DNA of 64,000 nucleotides from a virus (taxonomy: Duplodnaviria; Heunggongvirae; Uroviricota; Caudoviricetes): the IMG/VR virus record IMGVR_UViG_3300029911_000006; one strand, written 5' to 3'. The first letter of the stretch is position 1; every line of letters starts with the position of its first letter. Under the pieces are notes generated by a model, which saw nothing but the letters and a program-made list of their open reading frames with translations, had not been told where the DNA came from and made no database searches. Below, one piece after another: positions 34,288-44,265 of this stretch. The position numbers and the translations under genes were made by a program.

Positions 34288-34562
34288 TTGTTCTCTTCCT
34301 CCGGTTCAGGCTCACCGTCATCTACTTCAAGGATGACCATGTGTACTGTCTTCATCTTCTTCCCGCCGAAGCGGAGAGTAAGACGATTACCAGTCAATGT
34401 TATACCCATCGGTGTGTCCGTGGCAATAATCTTCCGCATCTCTTCAAGAGTTGCTTTGGAGTCGCCGGGGAGAGTAGGGAACTGGTAGATGTCGTGGTGC
34501 ATTATGACTCCCTCCGCCTTCCTTGACCCAACGATAAAAGATTCGGCGGGTATCTTGCTCAT
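34284..34562 (-). CDS. hypothetical protein (92 aa from MSKIP)
   Basis: Track ORF. Confidence 0.45.
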   Translation of the reverse strand: MSKIPAESFIVGSRKAEGVIMHHDIYQFPTLPGDSKATLEEMRKIIATDTPMGITLTGNRLTLRFGGKKMKTVHMVILEVDDGEPEPEEENK

Positions 34563-34649
34563 TTTATACCCCTGCTCCCAGATAAAAACCGAGTGTGTAC
34601 TGCGTGTCCACACCCGGTGGCATAGTCATAGTTTACTTGGAGGAAAACG

Positions 34650-35438
34650 CTACGCCAAAAGTTTCTTGAACATGTTGCCAAACGTCTTTGCCGACCAACC
34701 CTTCAGGTCGGACACCTGTCCGTCCCCAATCTCCACGATGCGAGTACGACCGGCTGCGTCGTAGGCTACATCCACGGAGAAGAAGGGACTGTCAATCCGA
34801 TGTGCGGCTGCTTTCAAGACTTCCTCATCCGCAGAGCGGAACCCGGAACCTACCTTACCATTCAGAATGAAGTATCGGCGTTCATCATTCAACTCTTCAT
34901 AGCGACGGATGCAGAGACCGCCTTCTAGTCCCCCACGAAACTTCTTCATCAACTCGATGCACTCCATTGCCTCGGAGGCGTCGTCGCATACAGAGCCCTT
35001 CCCCCGCGTCGTGCTGAGAGACTTGACGTAATCCTTCAGGAAGAACCGCTCCCAACCGCGAGACTTCAACAGTTCGAAAGAGTCACGCAGGTTCGCTGTC
35101 TCCAGCCACTTGTTGGTGAACACGATGGTGTCCGCCGTGTACTCGACCAGTTGCTGATACCAGTTGGGGATGTGATGGGTGTTCAGGTACTGGTCAACGC
35201 TGGTGTACAGCATCGCACCGACCGCATCAACCTTCTCCGACATCTTCAGGTACTGGTCAGCGGTAAGCATCCAGCCCCGGTACATGACAGTCTCCCCAGC
35301 CACGACCCGATGAACCCGCCCCTCTTCGAGAGAGAAGAGTGCTGAGGCATACCCATTGGAGAGTTCCACAGCCTGAGGCTTGAAGAACTCGTCCATATGG
35401 GTAGGGGTCAAAGGGTCTGCTGGGTAGATGAACTGCAT
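34650..35438 (-). CDS. hypothetical protein, tentatively ATP-grasp-like (262 aa)
   Basis: The C-terminal block VDVAYDAAGRTRIVEIGDGQVS resembles an ATP-grasp C-domain. Weak support. Confidence 0.35.
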   Translation of the reverse strand: MQFIYPADPLTPTHMDEFFKPQAVELSNGYASALFSLEEGRVHRVVAGETVMYRGWMLTADQYLKMSEKVDAVGAMLYTSVDQYLNTHHIPNWYQQLVEYTADTIVFTNKWLETANLRDSFELLKSRGWERFFLKDYVKSLSTTRGKGSVCDDASEAMECIELMKKFRGGLEGGLCIRRYEELNDERRYFILNGKVGSGFRSADEEVLKAAAHRIDSPFFSVDVAYDAAGRTRIVEIGDGQVSDLKGWSAKTFGNMFKKLLA

Positions 35439-35450
35439 GTTGTTCTCCGG

Positions 35451-36524
35451 TTAGTTGTTCAGTACGCTCTCGTCCGCTTCGCCAGCGGCAACGCGGTCTT
35501 CGAGGATACTGTTGATGACGAGACGCTCATCATCCGTCACCTTCTGGCTGTTGGTCTTGATGGCAATAAGGTGCTCAGTGGTAAGGTCAACCAGACGCTG
35601 GAAGGTCGTGGGCTGGTCGGCGAACTTCCCCTTGGTGCCCCACATCGCGACCGTCTTGGCGTAGGCCAGCCCCGCAGTGCGAACCGTGATGCCCTTGAAC
35701 TGCTTGCCGGGGATGGTGACACCTTCGAGACCGTCAATGAGGGTGCTGCTATCGCTCTTGTCCGGCGTGGTGTCATCGAAATCCTCTTCCTCGGCGATGA
35801 CTGGGAGGACTTCGGGGGCAACAGGCTGGGCTTCCTCGCTTATGAACTGAGGCTTGGCTGGTACAGCGGTGGGTGGCGGGGTGAGTGTCTCTTCCTTGGA
35901 TGAGAGCAAGCGGGAGGCCAGTGCTCCGAGACCGAGACCGGCGACGAATACGCGAAGTGAGCGGGACATAGATTTCTTCTCCTGTGGTTGTGTGCGGGTG
36001 AGTTCTAAAAACTGTACTTCCTTCTCGTGTAGCTCCGCCATGGCGATGGTGTACTCCCGCTTCATGTCGGCAAAGTTGCGGCTCAGTTCATCTCTCAGCG
36101 ATAACATCTTGCCGTCGATGAAACCGTTCAGGTGATAAGGGAAGTTGCGTTTCGCTGTCCACTTCCAATACTGGTTCTCACCCTTCTTGTAAGCAAGGTA
36201 CTGGCTCTCGAAGTCGGAGTGGTACTCGATGAACTCTCTGACCGGGCCGTCTACGACCTGCTCCACAGCCAGAATCTTGTTGATGATGTTCATGGTCTCG
36301 CGGTTGTTGGGGAGGGCATTGGTCTCCACGAAGTCCTGCCAGCCGGGGAGTTCACAGGCACCGTACGCCTTGACCTCAGGATACTTCGCTACAGCCGTGG
36401 TCACGAACGACTGGAACTCGTCGCGGCCCTTGTGCAGCTTGGCTTGCAACTCACCATACAGCCTGTAGCGGGAGCATGTGGCCTTGAGGGCCAAGATGCT
36501 GGCGGAGAAAGCTTCAGTGCTCAT
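35451..36524 (-). CDS. hypothetical protein with a central TM segment (357 aa)
   Basis: Track ORF. AGAGGGG Shine-Dalgarno. Confidence 0.5.
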   Translation of the reverse strand: MSTEAFSASILALKATCSRYRLYGELQAKLHKGRDEFQSFVTTAVAKYPEVKAYGACELPGWQDFVETNALPNNRETMNIINKILAVEQVVDGPVREFIEYHSDFESQYLAYKKGENQYWKWTAKRNFPYHLNGFIDGKMLSLRDELSRNFADMKREYTIAMAELHEKEVQFLELTRTQPQEKKSMSRSLRVFVAGLGLGALASRLLSSKEETLTPPPTAVPAKPQFISEEAQPVAPEVLPVIAEEEDFDDTTPDKSDSSTLIDGLEGVTIPGKQFKGITVRTAGLAYAKTVAMWGTKGKFADQPTTFQRLVDLTTEHLIAIKTNSQKVTDDERLVINSILEDRVAAGEADESVLNN

Positions 36525-36633
36525 TAGAAACCCCTCTTGAGACTGCCATCCGCATTATCCCGTGGGCACTCTTGTCGATGACCACCTTGGCTCCGCCCTC
36601 GTATTCGATGGTGATTTTATTTACTTGCAGCAT
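36514..36633 (-). CDS. micro-ORF (39 aa, MLQVNKITIEYEGGAKVVIDK...)
   Basis: GGAGG Shine-Dalgarno. It overlaps the next start. Confidence 0.3.
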   Translation of the reverse strand: MLQVNKITIEYEGGAKVVIDKSAHGIMRMAVSRGVSNEH

Positions 36634-36745
36634 TGACAACCTCCGGGCACAGAGACCCCTGTTGCTTGCGAGGGGCGAGAGCCGCAGCGATGATGCGTAG
36701 TGCGATTTTGGTGTTGGTGTTCATGGGTATCCTTGACAGGGCAGA

Positions 36746-36763
36746 CCGGGGCTCTCGCCCCGG
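36746..36763 (-). terminator. GC hairpin CCGGGGC-gaga-GCCCCGG directly after the Ku stop; no U-tract
   Basis: Same architecture (GAGA loop on the transcribed strand) as the hairpin at 3131..3157. Confidence 0.35.
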
Positions 36764-36778
36764 CCTTCTTGGTTGGGG

Positions 36779-37735
36779 TTACGCCGCTACAGCCTTGGCC
36801 TTCTTCGCCTTGACGGCGACGGGCTGGTTGAGCGAAGCCTGAAGCATCGCCATGACATCGACCGGGGAGGTAACAGCCGGGGCCGGAAGTGCGACCGGAG
36901 CCGGGGTGCGTCCCATAATCTTGTCGTTGATGAGGCCCTTGAAGGAGCGAGTGAAGGAATCCTCGTAGTCGGTTGCGTCGAAGTCACCCGAGAGCATGTC
37001 GATGAGCATTGCGGCCAGTTCGACCTTCTTGTCATCCACAGCGACCGTCTGCCACTTGTCGCAGGAGCGGACTTCGTTGTCGAAGTACATGTAGTGAACG
37101 ACCATGCCGTTCGTGCCGTAGGGACGGATGACGACGGTCTGCTCACGACCACGCTGTGCGGTCTGAGCGATGGCTACGACGCCACGGCCAACCATGGCTG
37201 CACGGAGGGTGCTGAACGTCTCTTCGAAGCCTTTGTCGGGAACGAGGTACTCAGCATCCGCGAAGTAGATGGGGTCGATGGAAGTCATCTTGACGAACTT
37301 CTCCACGGTCATGCGCTTGTCTGAGATAACAGAGCAGCCCTTCTTCTCGTCATCGCTGATGATGGCGAACTCGCCCTTGGCGTACTGGTAGCCCTTGAGG
37401 ATGTTGGTGCCTTCAACGGTCTCGTTGCAGGTCGGGCAGGACATACCTGCACGCTTCAACTGAGTGTAGATGGGCGTCATACCCGTCTTGTCCGAGTTGC
37501 AGTGATGTACCTGATTGAGTTCCACCTTCTCTTCCTCGGTGGCCTTCAGGGTCTTGACGGTGAGATTGACCAGCCCGAAGCCAAGGACGCCAGTCCACGT
37601 TGCACGGTTGGCGATACCCTTCTCGGCGGGGGCGGTGCTAATCTGCGGCTTGGCTGAGGCAGCGGGTGCCACCAGAGCAGCAGAGAGGGAGGCGATGGAG
37701 GCGGGGGCGGTAGGAGTGGTAATCTTCTTTGCCAT
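36779..37735 (-). CDS. ku: Ku protein (bacterial NHEJ DNA-end-binding protein) homolog
   Basis: N-terminal RATWTGVLGFGLVNLTVKTLKA matches the bacterial Ku motif. QVHH...C...CPTC aligns with the Cys-containing segment of some bacterial Ku proteins. Leaderless start after promoter copy 12. Confidence 0.8.
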   Translation of the reverse strand: MAKKITTPTAPASIASLSAALVAPAASAKPQISTAPAEKGIANRATWTGVLGFGLVNLTVKTLKATEEEKVELNQVHHCNSDKTGMTPIYTQLKRAGMSCPTCNETVEGTNILKGYQYAKGEFAIISDDEKKGCSVISDKRMTVEKFVKMTSIDPIYFADAEYLVPDKGFEETFSTLRAAMVGRGVVAIAQTAQRGREQTVVIRPYGTNGMVVHYMYFDNEVRSCDKWQTVAVDDKKVELAAMLIDMLSGDFDATDYEDSFTRSFKGLINDKIMGRTPAPVALPAPAVTSPVDVMAMLQASLNQPVAVKAKKAKAVAA

Positions 37736-37800
37736 ACACACAGTATACCGGAGTGAACACGTTTTCGAACAACTAATTTTGAAGTTTTTCGCCTATTTTC
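37735..37800 (-). promoter_or_regulatory. conserved phage promoter, copy 12 (drives ku)
   Basis: Minus strand reads GAAAAACTTCAAAATTAGTTGTTCGAAAACGTGTTCACTCCGGTATACTGTGTGTATG. Confidence 0.65.
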
Positions 37801-37930
37801 AGCTTGAAAAGGGGAAGGGGAACCTTGGCAGGTTCCCCGTGTTGCCTCAACCCTTTGAGCCACCTAAGACCCGCCAGTGACTCTTCCTAAGGCACGACCC
37901 GGAGAGAAGGTTCAGGCCGTGCCTAGCTTG

Positions 37931-39208
37931 TTAGTAATCGTCGTCTTCGTCGTCATCATCCAACTCCGAGTCATCTTCATCCTCGTAGTCGTCGTCCGAG
38001 TCATCGAACTCGTCATCGTACTCGTCGTCATCTTCCACGTCCGAGTCGTCAACAGCGTAGTAGCCGTTATCCAGCGGGAAGTTGTATCCCCGGAGGGTAG
38101 CGATAGCCATGAGAATCTTGTCGATGGTCTCCTGCTCAGGGTGCAGGGCACGCTCAGCGTTGTAGACCTCAGAGAGCTTCATGTCAGCAGCCTTGGCAAC
38201 TTCCCCCAAGGTCTTGCCAGCAGCCTCACGGTGGAAGCGGAGAGGGTTCGCGAACAACTTGGACTGTGCCGGGGCAATGTCCATCCGCGAGAAGCGACGG
38301 AGCCAGTTCTTGAGACGAGCGACCGATGCCTTCTTGAAGCTGGCGGAAGTCATCTTGCCACGCTTCAGGAGACGCTTGACGCTCGGCAGGGCCTTGACCT
38401 GCTTGATGAGTTCCTGACGGTCACCCGAGAGTTCCACGACAGGCTGCATCATGACCGGAGTGTCGGTGCGACCTTCAATCATCTCGTTGTACTCGACCTC
38501 ACGCAGAACCTCGTAACGCCACGTGCGACCCTTGGAGTAGCCGTAGTCCACCGGGATGGCAACAACGTCAGCCGGGTTGACCTTGACTTCCACAATGCGG
38601 CTCCCACCTTCACGCCACGCACTGCCGAAGTTGGGCAGGTACGCCTTAGAGCAGAAGTGGAGACCACGGGAGCACTCGCGACGACGGTCAGGGTCAACAG
38701 CCTTGCGTGGCATAACCACTGGGGGACGGCCCGGACGGTTGTCGAAGCGACCCGTGCGGATGTCCATGAAGTTGTTCCGAACCTTCTTGTAGGCGAGGAA
38801 GCAGCCGTCGTCGGTCAGGGCGAAGCGACCATTGCTCAGCCACTCGTAGACCTCGTTGACGGTATCCGCATCCGGGTTCAGGTACAGATTGTCCATGAAG
38901 CGGAGTAGGTGGGCGACAGGCTTGCCGTGCTCGATGAGTTCGAGAACCTTGGTCGTCAGCACGTTCTCAACCTTCTGACCCTTGTAGGTCACGCCGTCAG
39001 CAGTGACGTTGACCTTACCGTGCGAACGCTCGGCAATCTGAGTCGCCAGCGAGAGCAGCTTCGGTACTCGCGAGAAGTTCTCACGCGACAGTGCCTTGTG
39101 CAGAGCCTTGAATGTTGGTTGACCCTTGCTCACAGGGTAGCTACGGCCACCGACTACCACGGATAGGTAATCGTTCTGGAGCACGTATGGAATCGCTTGG
39201 CTAGGCAT
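37931..39208 (-). CDS. rIIB-like protein (putative) with a long acidic C-terminal tail
   Basis: It lies immediately downstream of the rIIA-like gene and is coupled to it (T4 rIIA-rIIB order). GAGGAG Shine-Dalgarno. Confidence 0.4.
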   Translation of the reverse strand: MPSQAIPYVLQNDYLSVVVGGRSYPVSKGQPTFKALHKALSRENFSRVPKLLSLATQIAERSHGKVNVTADGVTYKGQKVENVLTTKVLELIEHGKPVAHLLRFMDNLYLNPDADTVNEVYEWLSNGRFALTDDGCFLAYKKVRNNFMDIRTGRFDNRPGRPPVVMPRKAVDPDRRRECSRGLHFCSKAYLPNFGSAWREGGSRIVEVKVNPADVVAIPVDYGYSKGRTWRYEVLREVEYNEMIEGRTDTPVMMQPVVELSGDRQELIKQVKALPSVKRLLKRGKMTSASFKKASVARLKNWLRRFSRMDIAPAQSKLFANPLRFHREAAGKTLGEVAKAADMKLSEVYNAERALHPEQETIDKILMAIATLRGYNFPLDNGYYAVDDSDVEDDDEYDDEFDDSDDDYEDEDDSELDDDDEDDDY

Positions 39209-41705
39209 TGACAGTCTCCTCTTCCTCTTCAGTTTCCGCTACCAATTGTACATCATCCGAAGATACCGCCAACTTTTTATTTTGCTCGTCAGCGTACCGG
39301 ATGTAGTCCACGAGAACATTGTTCTCTTGGATGTTGCTATCGTGGTACCGATTCCTGTTGCATACCCTCAGAATCGGATAGTGCCTGATAACCTTCGCCC
39401 AAAGCTTGTTGAAGTCGGTGTCGTTGTGTACTTCAACTCCAAGTGCAGTGGCTACCTTCAGCAACTCGTAGTGACCGTCCCGGTTCGCCTTCTGTGCGTT
39501 GTTCAGGATAGTAGCGAAGAGACGGATGGGGCTGTCAATTGCCAGTACCTGATGAGTAGCGATGTACTCAAGCAGGGTCGCCCACTCAGAGCTAAACGGG
39601 TTGACCGTAAGGCTCATCTCCCGTTCCTTCTCCGGCGTGACGAGAGTCTTTATCTCCGCCTGAAGGTAGGGCATAAGGGCGACGAACGAGGAGTCATTCA
39701 GCAGGGGAGAGTCGGAGCGGAGGCCGAACACCGGGGTATCCTCCGTGAACTCTGCAAATACCTTGGACTTCCTCATGCTGTTGGCGAACTCCACGAAGTC
39801 ACGAGCGGAGGAATGCTCTCCATGGTTGCGTGTGGCCTCACCGAACTTGTCCACCAGAATGTAGAACTTCTTCGTGGATGCGTCGATGAAATCCAGAGTG
39901 TCTTCGCCTCTGTCCCAAGCCTTCCGCCAGCCCGACGACCGGTTGCCCCAGCGACGGTACCGCAAATAGCCGACGTAGGTCTTCAGGACACGAGCCTGAA
40001 TCTTCTTCCGGCGTGCCTGTGCAACCTTAGCTTCCTTCGCTTCCTTCATGAGAGGGTCGTACTTCACCTTCAGGTCAGAGACCTTCAGGAAGGGAGGATT
40101 GCCAAGGGACTCAAGCAGGTCAGCCGCCTCATCGCCAGCCCGTTGCATCTGCACCAGCTTGTGAGCCTTGCTGATGACGATGGCACGCTCGTACTCGTTG
40201 GTCTCGTCCTGCTGAAGCAAGTAGTTGATGTACTTCTCGCCGTAGTTGTTGATGTCGTTGATGACGAAGATGCTGTTCTTCGAAACCGAAATCTTGACAT
40301 CGAACTCAGACTTCTTCGACAGGCCCGATGCCACGTCACGAAGAGCCTGAGCACGCTTGGCAGTGTCCACAGCCTCGAACATGTTTATCTTGCTGGACTT
40401 GCCCCGCTTGCGTTCCGTACGAGCGTACTCCGCCATGTTGATGAAGTTGTAGTCGAGTTCGTTGACAGTAGGCTTGGCCCCGGTCAGAGTGAAGTTGGTG
40501 TACTTGCCGAACAGGAGACCCTTGCTGTAGGCGTCGTGAACGAGTGAGCCCACGCCGCTCTGCAACTGAAGCTCCATCAGCTTGAGCCGTGCTTCCCAAC
40601 CTGAGAAGCACAAATCCAGATTCTTCTTGACCTCTTCCATCAGGTGCTCTTCCACGATGTCGAGCCGCTTCAGAATGTTGCCGATGGTGGTGTCATCAAG
40701 TTGCAGGGCCTCACGCGAGACAGCCGGACGCAGGTCGCCGATGTTGAAGAACAGGTCGATGGGCATTGCGACCATCTTCTTCTGTGCTTCCGTCAGACGG
40801 CTGATGTCGATGTTGCCGACAGTGTACTGCACGTTGCCCATGATGGCCCGGAGACCGTTGGAGTCGTTTCGCATTCCCCATGTATCCGTACGCACGGAGT
40901 AGTTGGACTTGAGAATCACGACGGACTTGTTCATCTTCGGCTGAGGGTCGAAGAACTCGAACACGATGCCAGCCTTGTTCTCGAACTCCCAAATGTCGTT
41001 AGGGTCAACGGGAAACTGAACCTCTACGCCATTGGACTCTTTGGGTGTGTCCGTGACCGTCATCAGAACCACAGCCGGGATGCCATTCTTCACGTGAGCA
41101 TCGTAGATGTAGGTCTTGCCTTCGTAGACATTGGTAACCGTGAAGCCGCCAGACTTGTAGGAGCCGTCAGCGAGACGCTTGTTGGTGTAGGCGAAGGGGG
41201 ACTTGGAGCCGAGACCGAAGCCACCAATCATGTCGTCGGAGTTGTTTTTGTCCGAAGAGAAGTAGGTGCAGTAGAGACGCTTGCACGCATCATAGTCGCC
41301 AGTACCATCGCAGGTACCGCACTTGATGTCGCCACGTGTGGGCTCATAGGACTCTAAGGTTGTGTCGTCATCGGTGGGTGTGATGGCGTTCAGCTTGCCA
41401 GTGCCATTGCACTCCAAGCACCCACCCTTGACGTACTTGAGGCCGGTGCCAAAGTCTTTGACTGAGAAGTAGGGTTCCCACTGGGTGGGGAGATGAATCT
41501 CAAAGGGGACATTCGCTTTACCCGCCGCAATGTGCGAGTCAAGAGCGTTGCAGGAAAGCTCCCGGATAGGGGCACGGTAGATGTCGTTGTAGATGCTGCT
41601 GGACATGATGTTGAAGCTGACAGAGTTTGCGACCATCTTGAAATCGGTGGCAACTCCCGCTGTTCCAGAGACCTTAGCGTCAATTCCTTTATGTCCAAGT
41701 TGCAT
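39201..41705 (-). CDS. rIIA-like protein (GHKL/Bergerat-fold ATPase)
   Basis: N-box IRELSCNALDSHIAAG, G1 DFGTGL and G2 GGFGLGSKS, plus the size and the rIIA-rIIB arrangement. It also has a Cys cluster CLECNGTGK...KCGTCDGTG. Confidence 0.7.
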   Translation of the reverse strand: MQLGHKGIDAKVSGTAGVATDFKMVANSVSFNIMSSSIYNDIYRAPIRELSCNALDSHIAAGKANVPFEIHLPTQWEPYFSVKDFGTGLKYVKGGCLECNGTGKLNAITPTDDDTTLESYEPTRGDIKCGTCDGTGDYDACKRLYCTYFSSDKNNSDDMIGGFGLGSKSPFAYTNKRLADGSYKSGGFTVTNVYEGKTYIYDAHVKNGIPAVVLMTVTDTPKESNGVEVQFPVDPNDIWEFENKAGIVFEFFDPQPKMNKSVVILKSNYSVRTDTWGMRNDSNGLRAIMGNVQYTVGNIDISRLTEAQKKMVAMPIDLFFNIGDLRPAVSREALQLDDTTIGNILKRLDIVEEHLMEEVKKNLDLCFSGWEARLKLMELQLQSGVGSLVHDAYSKGLLFGKYTNFTLTGAKPTVNELDYNFINMAEYARTERKRGKSSKINMFEAVDTAKRAQALRDVASGLSKKSEFDVKISVSKNSIFVINDINNYGEKYINYLLQQDETNEYERAIVISKAHKLVQMQRAGDEAADLLESLGNPPFLKVSDLKVKYDPLMKEAKEAKVAQARRKKIQARVLKTYVGYLRYRRWGNRSSGWRKAWDRGEDTLDFIDASTKKFYILVDKFGEATRNHGEHSSARDFVEFANSMRKSKVFAEFTEDTPVFGLRSDSPLLNDSSFVALMPYLQAEIKTLVTPEKEREMSLTVNPFSSEWATLLEYIATHQVLAIDSPIRLFATILNNAQKANRDGHYELLKVATALGVEVHNDTDFNKLWAKVIRHYPILRVCNRNRYHDSNIQENNVLVDYIRYADEQNKKLAVSSDDVQLVAETEEEEETVNA

Positions 41706-41719
41706 TGGGTGTCTTCTCT

Positions 41720-41785
41720 CCTGCACACAGTATACGGGATACTCCCACATTCTGAACATATATTTTGGAAAAATTTGCCTACAGT
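41720..41785 (-). promoter_or_regulatory. conserved phage promoter, copy 13 (drives rIIA)
   Basis: Minus strand reads AAATTTTTCCAAAATATATGTTCAGAATGTGGGAGTATCCCGTATACTGTGTGCAGGAGAG. Confidence 0.65.
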
Positions 41786-42030
41786 GTATAGAACAACTTA
41801 CGTCGGTTTTCCACATGCCGCTTGATGACGTGGGCCAGCAACAAATTGTACCCAGTACGAGCTATGAGAGCACTCATACCGCAGTAAATGGGCATCATCC
41901 ATGGGATGTTGTGGTTGAGCAGACGGGCCGCTATCAACACTAAGGTGCCGGGTACACTGGCGAGGAACCAGCCGTAGTAGAACCCGAGTTGCAATGCTTC
42001 AAACCGGCTTACTCTAATTTTCCCTTGCAT
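41779..42030 (-). CDS. small membrane protein (83 aa)
   Basis: Hydrophobic track ORF. Confidence 0.5.
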   Translation of the reverse strand: MQGKIRVSRFEALQLGFYYGWFLASVPGTLVLIAARLLNHNIPWMMPIYCGMSALIARTGYNLLLAHVIKRHVENRRKLFYTL

Positions 42031-42433
42031 TTTTCGCCCCCGTCATCAGGTCGCGGATGTCCCGGCATACTTCAACCCAACGGTCATTGTCGCCGCGATA
42101 GCCCAGCGTCTGAGCAATGGGGAAGGTTGCGTTGCAAGCTTCTGTCCACCGCATCTTGTCCGGGGAGCGGATAAGCTGTGTCCCGGCCCAGCGGAACTTG
42201 GGAGTGGTGCCAAGGTAACCTTCGGCTGTCGCCCTAGCCAGCTTGACGATGCCCATAATGTCGCCCAGATTCGCCGTGCCGCCCGGAACCTCAGGCAGTG
42301 ATTCGACAAACTCTTCCGTCGTGATGTCGGTGCCGCACAGCTTGCACACACCCTCGTCGGTGAGGTCGAGATGCAGACACGAAGCAAAGTCTTCCATGGA
42401 ACAATCCCCTATGTAAGAGAGACCTGTATTCAT
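42014..42433 (-). CDS. hypothetical Cys-containing protein (139 aa)
   Basis: GGAGTGTGAA-ATG Shine-Dalgarno. Confidence 0.5.
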   Translation of the reverse strand: MNTGLSYIGDCSMEDFASCLHLDLTDEGVCKLCGTDITTEEFVESLPEVPGGTANLGDIMGIVKLARATAEGYLGTTPKFRWAGTQLIRSPDKMRWTEACNATFPIAQTLGYRGDNDRWVEVCRDIRDLMTGAKNAREN

Positions 42434-42434
42434 T

Positions 42435-42761
42435 TCACACTCCAAAGGTTGGCATCGTGCAGGGAGCCCAGTGCGTTGCTTTCACAGGGTATCCGTGAAG
42501 GTTGGTGAAGTAGGGGTCGCCCTGTGACCATACCATCCTACACACAGGGTTCTCTATGCCTCTAGCTGCATCAGGGTGAGTCGGAGTACCAAACTTAATC
42601 CACTCGCACTTGCCAAGAATGTATGCATACTCGGCAGGGGTCTTCTTGTGTACATCGGCGGGTAAGGACTCGTATCGAAGCCAGATGATGTCGCTACGCC
42701 AACTCCCGTCGTGGGAGTTGGCAGTAGGTAGACCATCTTCAATTGAAACCCAGTTATTCAT
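42435..42761 (-). CDS. DUF551-like phage protein (NNWVSIEDGLP N-terminus)
   Basis: The N-terminal W.S..D.LP motif is characteristic of the DUF551 phage family. Confidence 0.5.
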   Translation of the reverse strand: MNNWVSIEDGLPTANSHDGSWRSDIIWLRYESLPADVHKKTPAEYAYILGKCEWIKFGTPTHPDAARGIENPVCRMVWSQGDPYFTNLHGYPVKATHWAPCTMPTFGV

Positions 42762-42762
42762 C

Positions 42763-44265
42763 TTAGTTTTCTTGCGCTACTTCGGCGTCCACATCATCTT
42801 CGTAGACGGTGTTCTCGATGTGTGCCAAGTCTTCAGTGGTCAACCCCTCTTCCACCTGAGTGGTAGCATGGTCGAACATGCCAAGATTCGCTGCCTCGTC
42901 CATGTAGTTGTTGTACTGTTCTTCCTCAACCACGAAGTCAGGGTCAGTGAACACCGGGGTGAGGATCGAGTAGAGCTTATTCATCTTCATCCGCAGTTCG
43001 TTGTCCTGATTCTCGTGACCGCTGAGACGCTCGGCTTCGGCCCACAGCATGAACAGTTCCTGCTTGAGCGGGTTCTTCAGCACGGCTTCCATGATGGTGG
43101 CGTGTGGGTCAAGCTGCACGTCAACCTCAGGTTCGGTGTACTGATTGATGGGCTGAAGCTCACCGGAGATAAGCTTGTCGAACGTGTTGTGAGCCTTGGT
43201 TGATGCCGTCGAAAGCTGCTCGGCTTGACGCTCTTCCACTGAACGACCGTCAGCCTTGATGCTTTTCACGTAATTGAGCACGAGACCTGAGACCACATGC
43301 AGGAACCCAAACCAATTGGTGCTGGGGTCAATAACGAGGGCACCATATTGCGGAGGATTGTACACGAGACGGAGGATGTGGTCACGCTCTGCGTCGGTGA
43401 GCGTAGGGCCGTCACCCAACTCTTCCTTGAGCACCTTGTGGAAGCCGGTCTGCCGGAGAATCTTTGCAGCGGTCGCACGCAACACGGCACGCTGAGTGAG
43501 GGCCTTCTCCAAGATGTCTACTTCGAGAAACACGTGAGGCACAACACCACGAGTCTGAAGTTCCTCTGTGTCAAGCACGTCGCCCGTGTCGAGTTCAATG
43601 TAGACGTTCGAGAGAGGAGTGACCGCGTAGTCAGCGATGAGACCCAGCAGGTCAGAACGGAACAGGTCGAACAGACGCTGTGCAACCCCGTTCGGCTTGC
43701 CTTCCCGGTTGAAGTAGTTGGGGCACTCTTGCCGGATGATGTCCCACACCATATCATCAGGAGCATCTTTGACGTTACGCGGCTGTAGTTCGTTGATGTA
43801 TTTGTTGAGGTCACATCCGCAAGTGTCGCCGGTCGGGTACTTCACCATGTCCGGGAAGAGACGGCTGATGTACCAGTTGCGTAGGGGACAGGATTCGTCG
43901 GGGTGAGAGATGACGTAGTAGAAGTACCGTCCCTCACCTAGTGTCTCAGAGTATTGTTCAAGGTCAGCGATGGTGGACGTGAAGGTGCCGTCCGATGAGA
44001 TGTACTGCTTGCCCACCATGGCATCGCCTCCGAACACAGCACGACGGTTGATGATAAAAGCGTCTTCAATGATGGCAAAACGCGGGTCGTGAATCATCTC
44101 CCATGTGGGGCCAAGGGTCTCGATGTAGCCGTCTTTGCCGAACAACAGAGCATCGAGTGACTGACAATACTGAAATTCATCACGTGTGACTTCGCCTGAA
44201 ACGAAGCGGTATGTTCGCTTACCTTCATCTGTAAGACCCAACATACGCTTGAGGGAATTATCCAT
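42763..44265 (-). CDS. hypothetical protein (500 aa)
   Basis: Long ORF with no recognisable motif. Confidence 0.55.
   Translation of the reverse strand: MDNSLKRMLGLTDEGKRTYRFVSGEVTRDEFQYCQSLDALLFGKDGYIETLGPTWEMIHDPRFAIIEDAFIINRRAVFGGDAMVGKQYISSDGTFTSTIADLEQYSETLGEGRYFYYVISHPDESCPLRNWYISRLFPDMVKYPTGDTCGCDLNKYINELQPRNVKDAPDDMVWDIIRQECPNYFNREGKPNGVAQRLFDLFRSDLLGLIADYAVTPLSNVYIELDTGDVLDTEELQTRGVVPHVFLEVDILEKALTQRAVLRATAAKILRQTGFHKVLKEELGDGPTLTDAERDHILRLVYNPPQYGALVIDPSTNWFGFLHVVSGLVLNYVKSIKADGRSVEERQAEQLSTASTKAHNTFDKLISGELQPINQYTEPEVDVQLDPHATIMEAVLKNPLKQELFMLWAEAERLSGHENQDNELRMKMNKLYSILTPVFTDPDFVVEEEQYNNYMDEAANLGMFDHATTQVEEGLTTEDLAHIENTVYEDDVDAEVAQEN

Noticed and set aside
36779-37735. Ku C-x...CPTC motif as an acquired zinc-ribbon insertion
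   Set aside because: Bacterial Ku proteins (for example mycobacterial Ku) carry a comparable QVH...C..C segment at the same position; likely ancestral to the family.
39201-41705. Cys cluster in the rIIA-like protein treated as a novel zinc-ribbon insertion
   Set aside because: Without an alignment to rIIA homologs I cannot tell whether it is an insertion or family-typical; not reported as a finding.
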